Of a stretch of 64,000 bases of DNA, positions 37,391 through 46,095 are shown piece after piece. The stretch lies in assembly GCA_001029635.1 (NCBI GenBank), contig CP011209.1, positions 222,866 to 286,865 of the forward strand, read 5' to 3'. The notes below the pieces were generated by a model. The model had not been told where the DNA came from and made no database searches. It saw only the letters and a list, made by a program, of their open reading frames with translations. The translations under genes were made by a program, and so were the position numbers. Numbering within the stretch: position 1 is the stretch's first letter; each line of letters begins with the position of its first letter. Origin of the DNA: Candidatus Wolfebacteria bacterium GW2011_GWB1_47_1. GTDB lineage: Bacteria; Patescibacteriota; Minisyncoccia; UBA6257; UBA9933.

Positions 37391-38788
37391 ATGAGAACAC
37401 TAATTAGAGAAATAATCGCCAAGGAGGGCGAATCCGTGGTTCTCGAGGGATGGGTGAGGAACCGTCGCGATCACGGAAAGCTCATCTTTATCGACCTCAA
37501 AGACCGAAGTGGTCTTGTGCAGGTCGTGTTTTTGCCAAAGCCAGAGGAGGTCCACGCTTCTGCGACCGAATTGCGGAGCGAGTGGGTTGTCCGATTGACG
37601 GGCAAGGTTAACAAGCGCCCGGACAATATGGTCAATGCCGACCAGGAATTTGGCGCGTACGAAATACTCGCCGAAGGGTTGGAGGTGTTGAACAAGGCAG
37701 AAGAGTTGCCGATCCCGATCGACACCGATGGTCGCGAGATCAGCGAGGAGGCGCGCATGAAGTACCGCGCATTCGACTTGCGTCGCGAGCGAATGGAGAA
37801 CAACATGAAGATGCGCGCCAAGGTGATCCACGCATTTAGGAAGTACTTGGTAGATCGAGACTTTATCGAAGTGGAAACACCGATCTTGGGCAAGGCAACG
37901 CCAGAGGGTTCGCGCGATTATCTGGTCCCATCTCGTATTTATCCAGGCAAGTGCTACGCACTGCCGCAATCACCGCAGCAGTATAAGCAGCTGTTGATGG
38001 TGGCTGGATTGGAGCGCTACTTCCAGATCGCTCGCTGCTTCCGCGATGAGGATACACGCGGAGACAGACAGCCGGAATTCACGCAGCTCGATATGGAAAT
38101 GAGCTTTGTGAAGCGAGAGGATGTGATGGATGTTGTTGAGGGTATGCTGATCGAACTTGTCGAAACGCTCTATCCGAACAAGCGCATCCAGCAGAAGCCG
38201 TTCCCACGCATTACCTACAAGGAATCGATGGAAAAGTACGGCAATGACCGGCCGGATATCCGAGAGGATAAGAACGATCCAGGCCTGCTCGCATTTTGCT
38301 GGGTCATCGACTTCCCATTCTTTGAGAAGGATGAGGAAACGGGCGGATGGACGTTCACGCATAATCCATTCTCTGCTCCGCAACCTGAGTTCATGGAATC
38401 ATTAATGAATAAGGAAAACATTGGAGATATTCTGACCACACAGTATGACATAGTGCTCAACGGCTACGAGATCGGTGGGGGTAGTATCCGAAATCATCGC
38501 CCCGAAGCATTGCGCAAGGTATTGGAAATTATGGGCTTCTCCGATGAGAAGATTCAATCCGATTACGGCCACATGCTCGAGGCATTCAAATTAGGAGCTC
38601 CTCCACACGGAGGAATCGCCCCGGGTGTCGATCGCATCGTCATGCTGTTGCAGGGCGAGCCGAACATCCGCGAAGTGATCGCATTCCCGAAGACGGGAGA
38701 TGGTCGCGATCTAATGATGGATGCGCCGTCCGAGTTCACGGAAAAGCAATTGACCGAATTACAAATCAAAGTTAATAAAACGAAATAG
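37391..38788 (+). CDS. aspS: aspartate--tRNA ligase, bacterial type but lacking the GAD insertion domain
   Basis: Class II motifs: QSPQQYKQLLMVAGLERYFQIARCFRDEDTRGDRQPEFTQLDMEMSF (bacterial AspRS motif 2) and GGIAPGVDRIVMLL (motif 3). Only 465 aa; the sequence runs from RPDIRED straight into CWVIDFPFFE. Confidence 0.85.
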   Translation: MRTLIREIIAKEGESVVLEGWVRNRRDHGKLIFIDLKDRSGLVQVVFLPKPEEVHASATELRSEWVVRLTGKVNKRPDNMVNADQEFGAYEILAEGLEVLNKAEELPIPIDTDGREISEEARMKYRAFDLRRERMENNMKMRAKVIHAFRKYLVDRDFIEVETPILGKATPEGSRDYLVPSRIYPGKCYALPQSPQQYKQLLMVAGLERYFQIARCFRDEDTRGDRQPEFTQLDMEMSFVKREDVMDVVEGMLIELVETLYPNKRIQQKPFPRITYKESMEKYGNDRPDIREDKNDPGLLAFCWVIDFPFFEKDEETGGWTFTHNPFSAPQPEFMESLMNKENIGDILTTQYDIVLNGYEIGGGSIRNHRPEALRKVLEIMGFSDEKIQSDYGHMLEAFKLGAPPHGGIAPGVDRIVMLLQGEPNIREVIAFPKTGDGRDLMMDAPSEFTEKQLTELQIKVNKTK

Positions 38789-38875
38789 GAAATAGGGAAT
38801 AGGAAAGACGGAGAATGCAAAGAAAAAAGCAGCACTCCATTTTTCCTTTTCCATACTCCATTTTCCACATTTGAA

Positions 38876-39472
38876 ATGATTAAAGAACGAACATTAGTTG
38901 TGGTAAAGCCGGACGGCGTGCAACGATCGCTCATCGGAGAGATCACGGGGCGCTTTGAGCGGGTGGGGCTCAAGCTCGTCGGCGTGAAGATGATAGTACC
39001 AACCAAGGAATTTATCGAGACGCATTACACGATCGATCCGGAATGGCGACGTATCACCGGCGAAAAGACGATCAAGAGCTATAAGGAAAAGGGGCAGACT
39101 CCCCCCTCTGAGGATCCGCTTGAGATCACCGGGATCATCCTTAACCACCTCAAGAACTATATGATCACGGGGCCGGTAGTTGCTATGGTATGGGAAGGAG
39201 TACATGCGGTAAAGATCGTGCGTAAGCTGGTCGGTTCGACCGAGCCGCTTTCTTCCGACGTAGGAACGATTCGCGGTGATTATGTTATTGATTCGTATCA
39301 GTTGTCCGATAAGGATGGTCGCGCGGTGCGCAACCTGATTCATGCGTCAGGAACTGTGGATGAGGCGAACAAGGAGATCGACCTTTGGTTCAAGAAGGAG
39401 GAACTGATCGACTATAAGTTGGTCCAGGATAAGATCCTGTATGATGTGAATTTGGATGGAATGTTGGAATAA
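38876..39472 (+). CDS. ndk: nucleoside diphosphate kinase (with internal insertion)
   Basis: TLVVVKPDGVQR, active-site region NLIHASG; 198 aa versus about 140 typical. Confidence 0.8.
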   Translation: MIKERTLVVVKPDGVQRSLIGEITGRFERVGLKLVGVKMIVPTKEFIETHYTIDPEWRRITGEKTIKSYKEKGQTPPSEDPLEITGIILNHLKNYMITGPVVAMVWEGVHAVKIVRKLVGSTEPLSSDVGTIRGDYVIDSYQLSDKDGRAVRNLIHASGTVDEANKEIDLWFKKEELIDYKLVQDKILYDVNLDGMLE

Positions 39473-39539
39473 TATAATGGAAACACACCACCACCTCGGG
39501 GGTGTTTTCTTTTTGCAAGAAGTTGGTATACTGAAAGCA

Positions 39540-39690
39540 GGATATCGGCAATGATTCTCGGATTAATTTGTTGATTTGGGAGGTCAATAGCGCACTACCC
39601 CTTGGGGCGGTGCTGAGTCCACCCACCTGGCTTTACGTCGGGATATCACAAAGCCGATATTCTACTTGCAAGGCCCCGTAAGGGGCTTTA
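39540..39690 (+). ncRNA. candidate small structured RNA or cis-leader upstream of rpmB
   Basis: Extended -10 TGGTATACT at about 39522-39532; 5' GGATATCGGC pairs with 3' GCCGATATTC (about 39545 and 39652); ends in the GGCCCCgtaaGGGGCTTT hairpin; the rpmB -10 (TAATAT) follows. Identity unknown. Confidence 0.25.
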
Positions 39691-39724
39691 CAAGTGGAAA
39701 ATTCTAGGGTAATATACGAAAACT

Positions 39725-39925
39725 ATGAGACAGTGTGAAATTTGCGGCAAGGGCTCCATGATGCATGGCGCTCGCAAAAAGCTCCGCGGCAACTACAACC
39801 CGACCGTCCGAACACGACGGTACCCGAATCTTCAGAAGCTGACCGTTATGGAGGGTTTGCGTGTTAATGCATGCACCCAATGCATCCGAACTGTCAAAAA
39901 GAAAGAAGCTGAAGCAGCGGCATAA
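39725..39925 (+). CDS. rpmB: 50S ribosomal protein L28
   Basis: C.ICGK....G...SH....T.R.F.PNLQ pattern (MRQCEICGKGSMMHGARKKLRGNYNPTVRTRRYPNLQ); 66 aa. Confidence 0.8.
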   Translation: MRQCEICGKGSMMHGARKKLRGNYNPTVRTRRYPNLQKLTVMEGLRVNACTQCIRTVKKKEAEAAA

Positions 39926-39928
39926 AAA

Positions 39929-39953
39929 AATCGACCTACGGGTCGATTTTTTT
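39929..39953 (+). terminator. rho-independent terminator after rpmB
   Basis: ATCGACCtacGGGTCGAT hairpin plus TTTTTTT. Confidence 0.85.
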
Positions 39954-39998
39954 GTTGAAAAAATAAACGAAGTTCGGTATGGTGAAACGGTACAAGAA

Positions 39999-40069
39999 CG
40001 GGCTGTAGTATAATGGTAGTATACGAGCATGGGGTGTTTGCGGCCCGGGTTCGATTCCCGGCAGCCCGA
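39999..40069 (+). tRNA. tRNA-Pro (anticodon GGG), slightly non-canonical D-arm/anticodon stem
   Basis: CGGGCTG acceptor pairs with CAGCCCG (C1-G72 as in bacterial tRNA-Pro); T-arm CCGGGTTCGATTCCCGG; anticodon loop ATGGGGT on a CGAGC/GTTTG stem with two G-U pairs. Confidence 0.55.
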
Positions 40070-40087
40070 CAGGTAAAACAAAAAAAC

Positions 40088-40717
40088 ATGGAACACATAA
40101 TGGTCGACCAACAGCAAATAGATCGGCTACATGCGATGCTCCTGCAAAACAAAACCCTGCAGGTCCTATTGGATCGGGCGGGAGAATTGGGTATGTCCAA
40201 TTGGTATGTGGGAGCGGGATGTATCTCACAAACTGTTTGGAACAGCTTGCATGGGTTTGATCCGGAGCATGCGATTAAGGATTACGACCTCGTCTATTAC
40301 GATGGAGGCGATATATCGTATGAGGCGGAGGATAAGATTATTCAACAAGCAAAGGATGTATTCAAAGACATTGGTGTGCATATTGATATCATCAATGAAG
40401 CACGGGTACATCTCTGGATAGAGCAAAAGCTGGGTTATTCAATAGACCAATATAAAAACGTCGAAGAAGCGATAAGTACCTGGCCAACCACAATAACCTG
40501 CGTTGGAATTAATCGGATGCATGGGGTGACGAAGGTATTCGCGCCATTCGGATTGGATGATGTTTTTAATATGGTGATTCGTCCGAATAAGTACTTTTCA
40601 AAGAAAGAGATATACGATAGTAAGGTTGAAAAGTGGACCAAGATATGGCCAAAGCTTACGGTAGTAAAATGGGATGACGAGCAGAGAGGGGAAGAGCCTA
40701 AAAAGTACTCTGTTTGA
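40088..40717 (+). CDS. nucleotidyltransferase-family protein (NTP_transf_6/DUF925-like)
   Basis: GAGCISQTVWNSLHGFDPEHAIKDYDLVYYD pattern resembles the GG..RN..W..LHG...DIDLVYFD signature; start set at the ATG at 40088 to avoid overlapping the tRNA. Confidence 0.45.
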   Translation: MEHIMVDQQQIDRLHAMLLQNKTLQVLLDRAGELGMSNWYVGAGCISQTVWNSLHGFDPEHAIKDYDLVYYDGGDISYEAEDKIIQQAKDVFKDIGVHIDIINEARVHLWIEQKLGYSIDQYKNVEEAISTWPTTITCVGINRMHGVTKVFAPFGLDDVFNMVIRPNKYFSKKEIYDSKVEKWTKIWPKLTVVKWDDEQRGEEPKKYSV

Positions 40718-40748
40718 AAAAAAGTCAAGGCAAGCGTACAATGGAGCC

Positions 40749-41762
40749 ATGGAGCGAAAGCTGGAAATAACCTGGGGGTCGCTATGGCGAATCGTGATCA
40801 TGCTCGTTGCGGTGAGTATGGTATATACCATGCGCAACGTGGTTGCGCTGTTATTTTTGGCAATTGTGGTATCGTCTGCGTTGGATGCGCCACTTAACTG
40901 GCTGGAGAAGAGGAAAATTCCTCGCATCATGGGAATCTTGTTTATTTTGATCGCAGGATTTTCTACCGTTGCATTGTTGCTGTATACGGTTGTGCCGATC
41001 GCGGTCATTGAAACAAAAGACCTCGCGGACAATATAGACCTGCTGGGGGGCGCATTAGGAGGGCTCGTGGGAGCGCAAAATCTCTCAGGAACATTGGGGA
41101 ATGGATTGAGCGGACTAGGTGAATCGGTGACAGCAGGGGGATTCTCGGTCGTGAAATTCATCCCGCAATTGTTTGAGAATATGGTGATGCTGGTCACGGT
41201 TATGGTCATCTCTATTTACTTGGCATGGTATCGTGACGGCATTGAGGGATTTTTGCGAGCCGTGCTTCCTATAGAATACGAGCAATACTCCATTAGTGTA
41301 TTGCATCGCGTACGCAAGAAGATCGGCAAGTGGCTTGAAGGGCAAATATTTCTCAGCTTGATCGTTGCGGTTGCATCGTTTATAGGTCTGAAGCTACTGG
41401 GAGTGAATTATGCATTAGTACTTGCATTGCTCGCGGGGGGGCTTGAGATTATTCCATTCGTGGGGCCGATTGTAGCAGGAGCGCTCGCATTCCTCGTGGG
41501 TATATCACAATCGATGACTTTGGGAGTAGCGACACTTATTTTATTCTTTGTCATTCATCAGCTCGAAGCACATATTGTATTACCGCTCGTGATGCGCAAG
41601 ACGACAGGAATTCATCCGGTCATTGTGGCACTGTCTATTGTGGCAGGATATCAACTGTATGGGTTTATTGGCATTATACTTGCAATCCCGTTCGTGGTGG
41701 TTATCCAGGAATTAGTGGACGATTTTACCGCACGCAAGCATCGGCAACCGACATTGGAATAA
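40749..41762 (+). CDS. AI-2E family transporter (PerM/UPF0118)
   Basis: Eight-TM protein with the conserved C-terminal LEIIPFVGPIVAGALAFL...HQLEAHIVLPLVM motif. Confidence 0.7.
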   Translation: MERKLEITWGSLWRIVIMLVAVSMVYTMRNVVALLFLAIVVSSALDAPLNWLEKRKIPRIMGILFILIAGFSTVALLLYTVVPIAVIETKDLADNIDLLGGALGGLVGAQNLSGTLGNGLSGLGESVTAGGFSVVKFIPQLFENMVMLVTVMVISIYLAWYRDGIEGFLRAVLPIEYEQYSISVLHRVRKKIGKWLEGQIFLSLIVAVASFIGLKLLGVNYALVLALLAGGLEIIPFVGPIVAGALAFLVGISQSMTLGVATLILFFVIHQLEAHIVLPLVMRKTTGIHPVIVALSIVAGYQLYGFIGIILAIPFVVVIQELVDDFTARKHRQPTLE

Positions 41763-41777
41763 GAGGAATTAAAACAT

Positions 41778-43253
41778 ATGAAGAAATTTTATATCACGAC
41801 ATCGATCGCATATACGAATGCATCGCCACATATTGGATTCGCGCTGGAAAGCATTCAAGCCGATGTGCTTGCCAGATACTATCGCTCGCAGGGAGTGGAT
41901 GTGTGTTTTTTGACAGGCACGGACGAGCACGGGAGCAAGATAGCGCAGGCGGCGGAGGCGAAAGGAAAGACAGCGAAGGAATTCGTCGATGAAGTATCAG
42001 AGGAGTTTAAGGAGCTGAAGCAGACACTGAATCTTTCATGGGACGATTTTATTCGAACCTCTGATAAGAAAAAGCATCGGCCTGCGGTCTATGCCATCTG
42101 GAATAAGCTTGTCGAGCAGAGTGATATTTATAAAAAGACATACGAAGGGTTGTATTGCACCGGGTGTGAAGCCTTCTATACTGAAAAGGAATTGGAAGAA
42201 GGTAAATGTCCGATCCATCAAAAGCTAGTAGAGCAGGTGCAGGAAGAAAATTACTTCTTCAAATTGTCCAAATATTCCGAAGAGATCGAGCGACGCATAA
42301 AGAATCATGAATTGCGTATTGTCCCAGAATCGCGCAAGAACGAGATCCTCTCTTTGTTAAAGGAAGGGCTTACGGATATTAGCGTTTCTCGACCGGCTGA
42401 CAAGGTGCATTGGGGAATTCCTGTTCCAGGCGATGACACCCAGTTGATCTACGTATGGATCGATGCGCTAACAAACTATATTTCGGGTATTGGATACGCC
42501 AGTGAAATGGAAAAGGGAGCCGAGAGATATGAAACGTATTGGCCGGCAGATGTGCATTTAATCGGCAAGGACATTCTGCGATTTCACGCGGGGATTTGGC
42601 CGGGGATCTTGCTTGCCGCAGGACTAGAGCTCCCGAAGAGCATCTACGTGCATGGATATATTCTGCATGGAGGACAAAAGATGTCGAAGTCATTGGGCAA
42701 TGTGGTATCGCCAAAAGACTTAGTGGAAAAATATGGATCGGATCCGGTGCGCTACTTTCTATTACGAGAGATTGCATCAACAGAGGATGGTGATTACACG
42801 GAAGAAAAGTTTATCAGTCGGTATAATGGAGAGCTTGCAAACGGATTGGGAAATTTTTCGGCCCGGGTGCTGACGCTCGCAAGTAAGGAAGATTTCTCGT
42901 TGACTGAAGAAGAGTACGAATCGCTCAGGGAAGATTCCGTAAAACACCGCATCGCGGACGCGGAACGGACGATCAAGGAAAAGATGGATACATTCCGATT
43001 GCATGAGGCGATCGGAGTAGTGTGGGAAGTGATCACGTTCGGCGATCTATATGTGAATGAAATGAGGCCATGGTCGCTGGAGGGGGATGAGGAGAAGAAG
43101 GTGATGGCAAACTTGCTGTTCATTCTTGAATCGATTGCAAAGCTACTAATGCCATTCTTGCCACAGACGGCAGAAAAGATCGCGGGTAATATAAATAGAT
43201 TAGAGAAGAATCTTGAGATTACAAAAGGGGACAATCTCTTTCCAAGATTGTAA
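41778..43253 (+). CDS. metG: methionine--tRNA ligase (short form)
   Basis: Class I HIGH-region equivalent (SPHIGFALESIQADVLARYYR), CxxC zinc knuckle (CTGCEAFY...CPIH), KMSKSLGN. Confidence 0.9.
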   Translation: MKKFYITTSIAYTNASPHIGFALESIQADVLARYYRSQGVDVCFLTGTDEHGSKIAQAAEAKGKTAKEFVDEVSEEFKELKQTLNLSWDDFIRTSDKKKHRPAVYAIWNKLVEQSDIYKKTYEGLYCTGCEAFYTEKELEEGKCPIHQKLVEQVQEENYFFKLSKYSEEIERRIKNHELRIVPESRKNEILSLLKEGLTDISVSRPADKVHWGIPVPGDDTQLIYVWIDALTNYISGIGYASEMEKGAERYETYWPADVHLIGKDILRFHAGIWPGILLAAGLELPKSIYVHGYILHGGQKMSKSLGNVVSPKDLVEKYGSDPVRYFLLREIASTEDGDYTEEKFISRYNGELANGLGNFSARVLTLASKEDFSLTEEEYESLREDSVKHRIADAERTIKEKMDTFRLHEAIGVVWEVITFGDLYVNEMRPWSLEGDEEKKVMANLLFILESIAKLLMPFLPQTAEKIAGNINRLEKNLEITKGDNLFPRL

Positions 43254-43320
43254 GGATCAAAAATACCGCCTTTGGCGGTATTTTGATTGCGGGAATGTGC
43301 TATTTTGCTATACTGGATCA

Positions 43321-44097
43321 ATGAAGCTGATAGACGCGCATACCCATGTGCAATTAAGACAATTCAATCCCGACCGGGACGAAGTGATCAAGCGGGCGGT
43401 GGAGCAGGATATTTGGATGGTTAATGTGGGGACGACCCGCAAGGATTCACAGGCTGCCGTGGACCTTTGCGAAGCATATGCGGAGGGCGTTTTTGCATCG
43501 ATCGGACAGCATCCTGATGAGCGGGAGATATTTGACTACGACTGGTATATGCGCACGGGAGCGCACGAAAAGGTGGTAGCAATTGGAGAATGCGGATTGG
43601 ATTATTATCGGGTTGAACCGCATCTGTTCAACGATGAGCGTGATCGACAGATAGAGTTGTTTCAACAGCATATCGAGTTGGCCAAGGAATTGGGGAAACC
43701 GCTTATGGTGCATTGTCGGGAAGCATTTTCTGACGTGAAGAGCGTTATGCGAAAGGAAATAGGAGATCTGTCCGCGGATGTTCCGGGTATCCTGCATTTT
43801 TTCACAGGGACAAAGGAGGATGCGAAGACGTTTCTTGATTTCGGGTTCATGTTCACGTTTGGGGGGTTGATCACATTCAATCGGGAATTCGATGAAATTT
43901 TGCGATATATTCCCAAAGAGCGGATTATGATAGAAACGGATGCTCCGTTTGTGACTCCCGACCCATATCGGGGAAAGCGGAATGAGCCGGCATACGTCAT
44001 TGAGGTTGCTAAGGCATTGGCAGAAGTAAGAAGGGCTCCATTCGAAGATGTGTGCAAACAAACAACACAGAATGCGAAGAGTGCATTCGGCATATAA
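43321..44097 (+). CDS. TatD-family metal-dependent hydrolase/DNase
   Basis: MKLIDAHTHV..., GECGLDYY, HCREAF, ETDAPF motifs. Confidence 0.85.
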   Translation: MKLIDAHTHVQLRQFNPDRDEVIKRAVEQDIWMVNVGTTRKDSQAAVDLCEAYAEGVFASIGQHPDEREIFDYDWYMRTGAHEKVVAIGECGLDYYRVEPHLFNDERDRQIELFQQHIELAKELGKPLMVHCREAFSDVKSVMRKEIGDLSADVPGILHFFTGTKEDAKTFLDFGFMFTFGGLITFNREFDEILRYIPKERIMIETDAPFVTPDPYRGKRNEPAYVIEVAKALAEVRRAPFEDVCKQTTQNAKSAFGI

Positions 44098-44106
44098 CAG
44101 AAAAGC

Positions 44107-44877
44107 ATGACCATACTGCAATCGATCATATTCGGAATCGTAGAAGGGGTGACGGAATTCCTCCCAATATCTTCCACGGGGCACCTGATACTGACAGCAA
44201 AGTTGCTTAAGCTCGAGCAGACAAACTTTATGAAATCGTTCGAGATCGCCATTCAATTTGGCGCGATCTTGTCGGTGGTGGCTTTGTATTGGAGGTCGCT
44301 ATTTGTAAATAGGGAAGTGATGAAGCGAATCGCGGTAGCGTTTGTACCAACGGGTATACTGGGTCTGTTACTACACGGGTTCGTAAAGCAGTACCTATTA
44401 AGTAGTGACCTGACGGTCGTGCTGGCACTGCTCATCGGGGGCATACTACTCATCGCCTTTGAATTTGCATACGTAGAAAAAGAGACATCATTGGAGGATG
44501 TGGCACATCTATCATATTGGCGTGCGGCAATGATCGGCGTGGCGCAGTCCGTGGCCATGATTCCGGGAGTATCACGTTCCGCAGCGACAATCGTGGGTGG
44601 GATGTTGGCAGGGTTGAAGCGCAAGACGATTGTGGAATTTTCGTTCTTGCTCGCAGTGCCGACCATGCTTGCGGCGACTATTTTAGACTTGTCGAAAAGT
44701 TACAAGGGATTCTCTGCCGATCAATTTGATGTATTGGTAGTCGGATTTGTCGTCTCATTCCTCGTAGCCTTGGTGAGTATTAAATGGCTCTTAAAATACG
44801 TACAGCGAAATTCATTTATTTCGTTTGGTGTATATCGTATAGCACTTGCCATTTTGTTCTTGTTGTTCGTACTGTGA
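44107..44877 (+). CDS. uppP: undecaprenyl-diphosphate phosphatase
   Basis: GVTEFLPISSTGHLIL and PGVSRSAATI motifs; multi-TM. Confidence 0.9.
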   Translation: MTILQSIIFGIVEGVTEFLPISSTGHLILTAKLLKLEQTNFMKSFEIAIQFGAILSVVALYWRSLFVNREVMKRIAVAFVPTGILGLLLHGFVKQYLLSSDLTVVLALLIGGILLIAFEFAYVEKETSLEDVAHLSYWRAAMIGVAQSVAMIPGVSRSAATIVGGMLAGLKRKTIVEFSFLLAVPTMLAATILDLSKSYKGFSADQFDVLVVGFVVSFLVALVSIKWLLKYVQRNSFISFGVYRIALAILFLLFVL

Positions 44878-44967
44878 GTATGTGTGTCGCATTGACTAAG
44901 ACGGTCTATCCTGATATTACTTAAATCAGCAATTGAGTAAACAAAATACTGGCAACGGGAGGGAATT

Positions 44968-45630
44968 ATGAAACGGGAGAAAGCAACGGCCTGGGTATGT
45001 GCGTGCGTGCACCCTGACGTGGAGTATGACCAGTGCAATCCGAGGAAGCCGTTTAAGTCGCTCAGTCGAACCAAAGTGGCGGCGCATGAGCGAAACCATC
45101 TCACGTGTATTGATAACCATAAGAAGCTGATGGCAATGGTGGCGGATGCGCCTAACGTCATCGGGTCGAGGCTCAGGGTTGGCACCTGGGATGATTGGAA
45201 GGGTATTCTGGAGGCGACCAAGGCTTTCGCAAAGCTTGCCCACGAACACCAGGGAATCTACCGGCGCTCATTCTTTATCTATGGCGCCAGTGATAATCTG
45301 ATAAAGGCGGTTAGAACGCTCATATGGTGCCAGACAAAAGAAGGGCATTCGGTGGATGGTGAACGGTGGATGAAGGAGGCGTTCCGGACCCTAGAGGCGA
45401 TGTTTAACGACATTAAGCTGCGTGGTGAACGAAAGCGGTGTCCGAAGAAATCGTTTATGACGCGGATGTTTACCGCGAAGAAACTCCTCGGCGAGATTAG
45501 GAAAGAGGTAGGGCTGATCGGGCGGAAGTTCCCGAACGCAGAGGGATTGGGAGAAGTCGGTGAGATGATCTGTATATGTAGTCAGCAGACAGTATCGGCG
45601 TTGCACGAGTCCCATGGGGAGATCCAATAA
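44968..45630 (+). CDS. hypothetical Cys/His-rich protein, GC-rich ORFan
   Basis: GGGAGGG RBS; no known motifs; inserted between uppP and gatC; terminator downstream. Confidence 0.4.
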   Translation: MKREKATAWVCACVHPDVEYDQCNPRKPFKSLSRTKVAAHERNHLTCIDNHKKLMAMVADAPNVIGSRLRVGTWDDWKGILEATKAFAKLAHEHQGIYRRSFFIYGASDNLIKAVRTLIWCQTKEGHSVDGERWMKEAFRTLEAMFNDIKLRGERKRCPKKSFMTRMFTAKKLLGEIRKEVGLIGRKFPNAEGLGEVGEMICICSQQTVSALHESHGEIQ

Positions 45631-45712
45631 AAGAGGCTCAAAGCCGCGGAGTGATCCGCGGTTTTTTTGTCTACTTAGTTGCATCCACACGTAAATCGTA
45701 TAGAATAAAAAC

Positions 45713-46027
45713 ATGACCCATATTACCGAAGAGACATTGGAATATCTGGCAAAATTGTCCCGCATGGACCTTGCAGATGGTGAGAAAAAGAAGCTCGCAG
45801 GGGACTTGGAGGAGATTCTGAACCATTTTGAAGAATTGAACGAGGTCGATACGACAAACGTGGAGCCGATGACCGGAGGGACTGCTCAGCGGAACGTATT
45901 CCGTGAGGACGACGCGAACACGCGGAGCGAGATCAATGGATCGTCGAAGGACATCATTGATGCATTCCCGGCGCATGAGCGAGGTTACTTGAAGGTTCCA
46001 GCGGTATTCGGAGGAGAAGAAGAATAA
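45713..46027 (+). CDS. gatC: Asp-tRNA(Asn)/Glu-tRNA(Gln) amidotransferase subunit C
   Basis: Typical GatC (ITEETLEYLAKLSRMDLADGEKKKLAGDLEEILNHFEEL), 104 aa. Confidence 0.8.
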   Translation: MTHITEETLEYLAKLSRMDLADGEKKKLAGDLEEILNHFEELNEVDTTNVEPMTGGTAQRNVFREDDANTRSEINGSSKDIIDAFPAHERGYLKVPAVFGGEEE

Positions 46028-46036
46028 TTAAGATTT

Positions 46037-46095
46037 GTCATTCCCGCGGAGGCGGGAATCCAGATCAAATAGATTCCCGCCTCCGCGGGAATGAC
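46037..46095. repeat. palindromic intergenic repeat, GTCATTCCCGC-family, copy B (24-bp perfect inverted arms)
   Basis: GTCATTCCCGCGGAGGCGGGAATC cagatcaaata GATTCCCGCCTCCGCGGGAATGAC. Each arm is itself palindromic (ATTCCCGC ggag GCGGGAAT). Overlaps the first ATG of gatA. Confidence 0.85.

Noticed and set aside
39540-39690. SRP (4.5S) RNA
   Set aside because: No GGAAGCAGCCAAGG-like domain IV motif is present, so the RNA is left as an unidentified candidate sRNA or leader.
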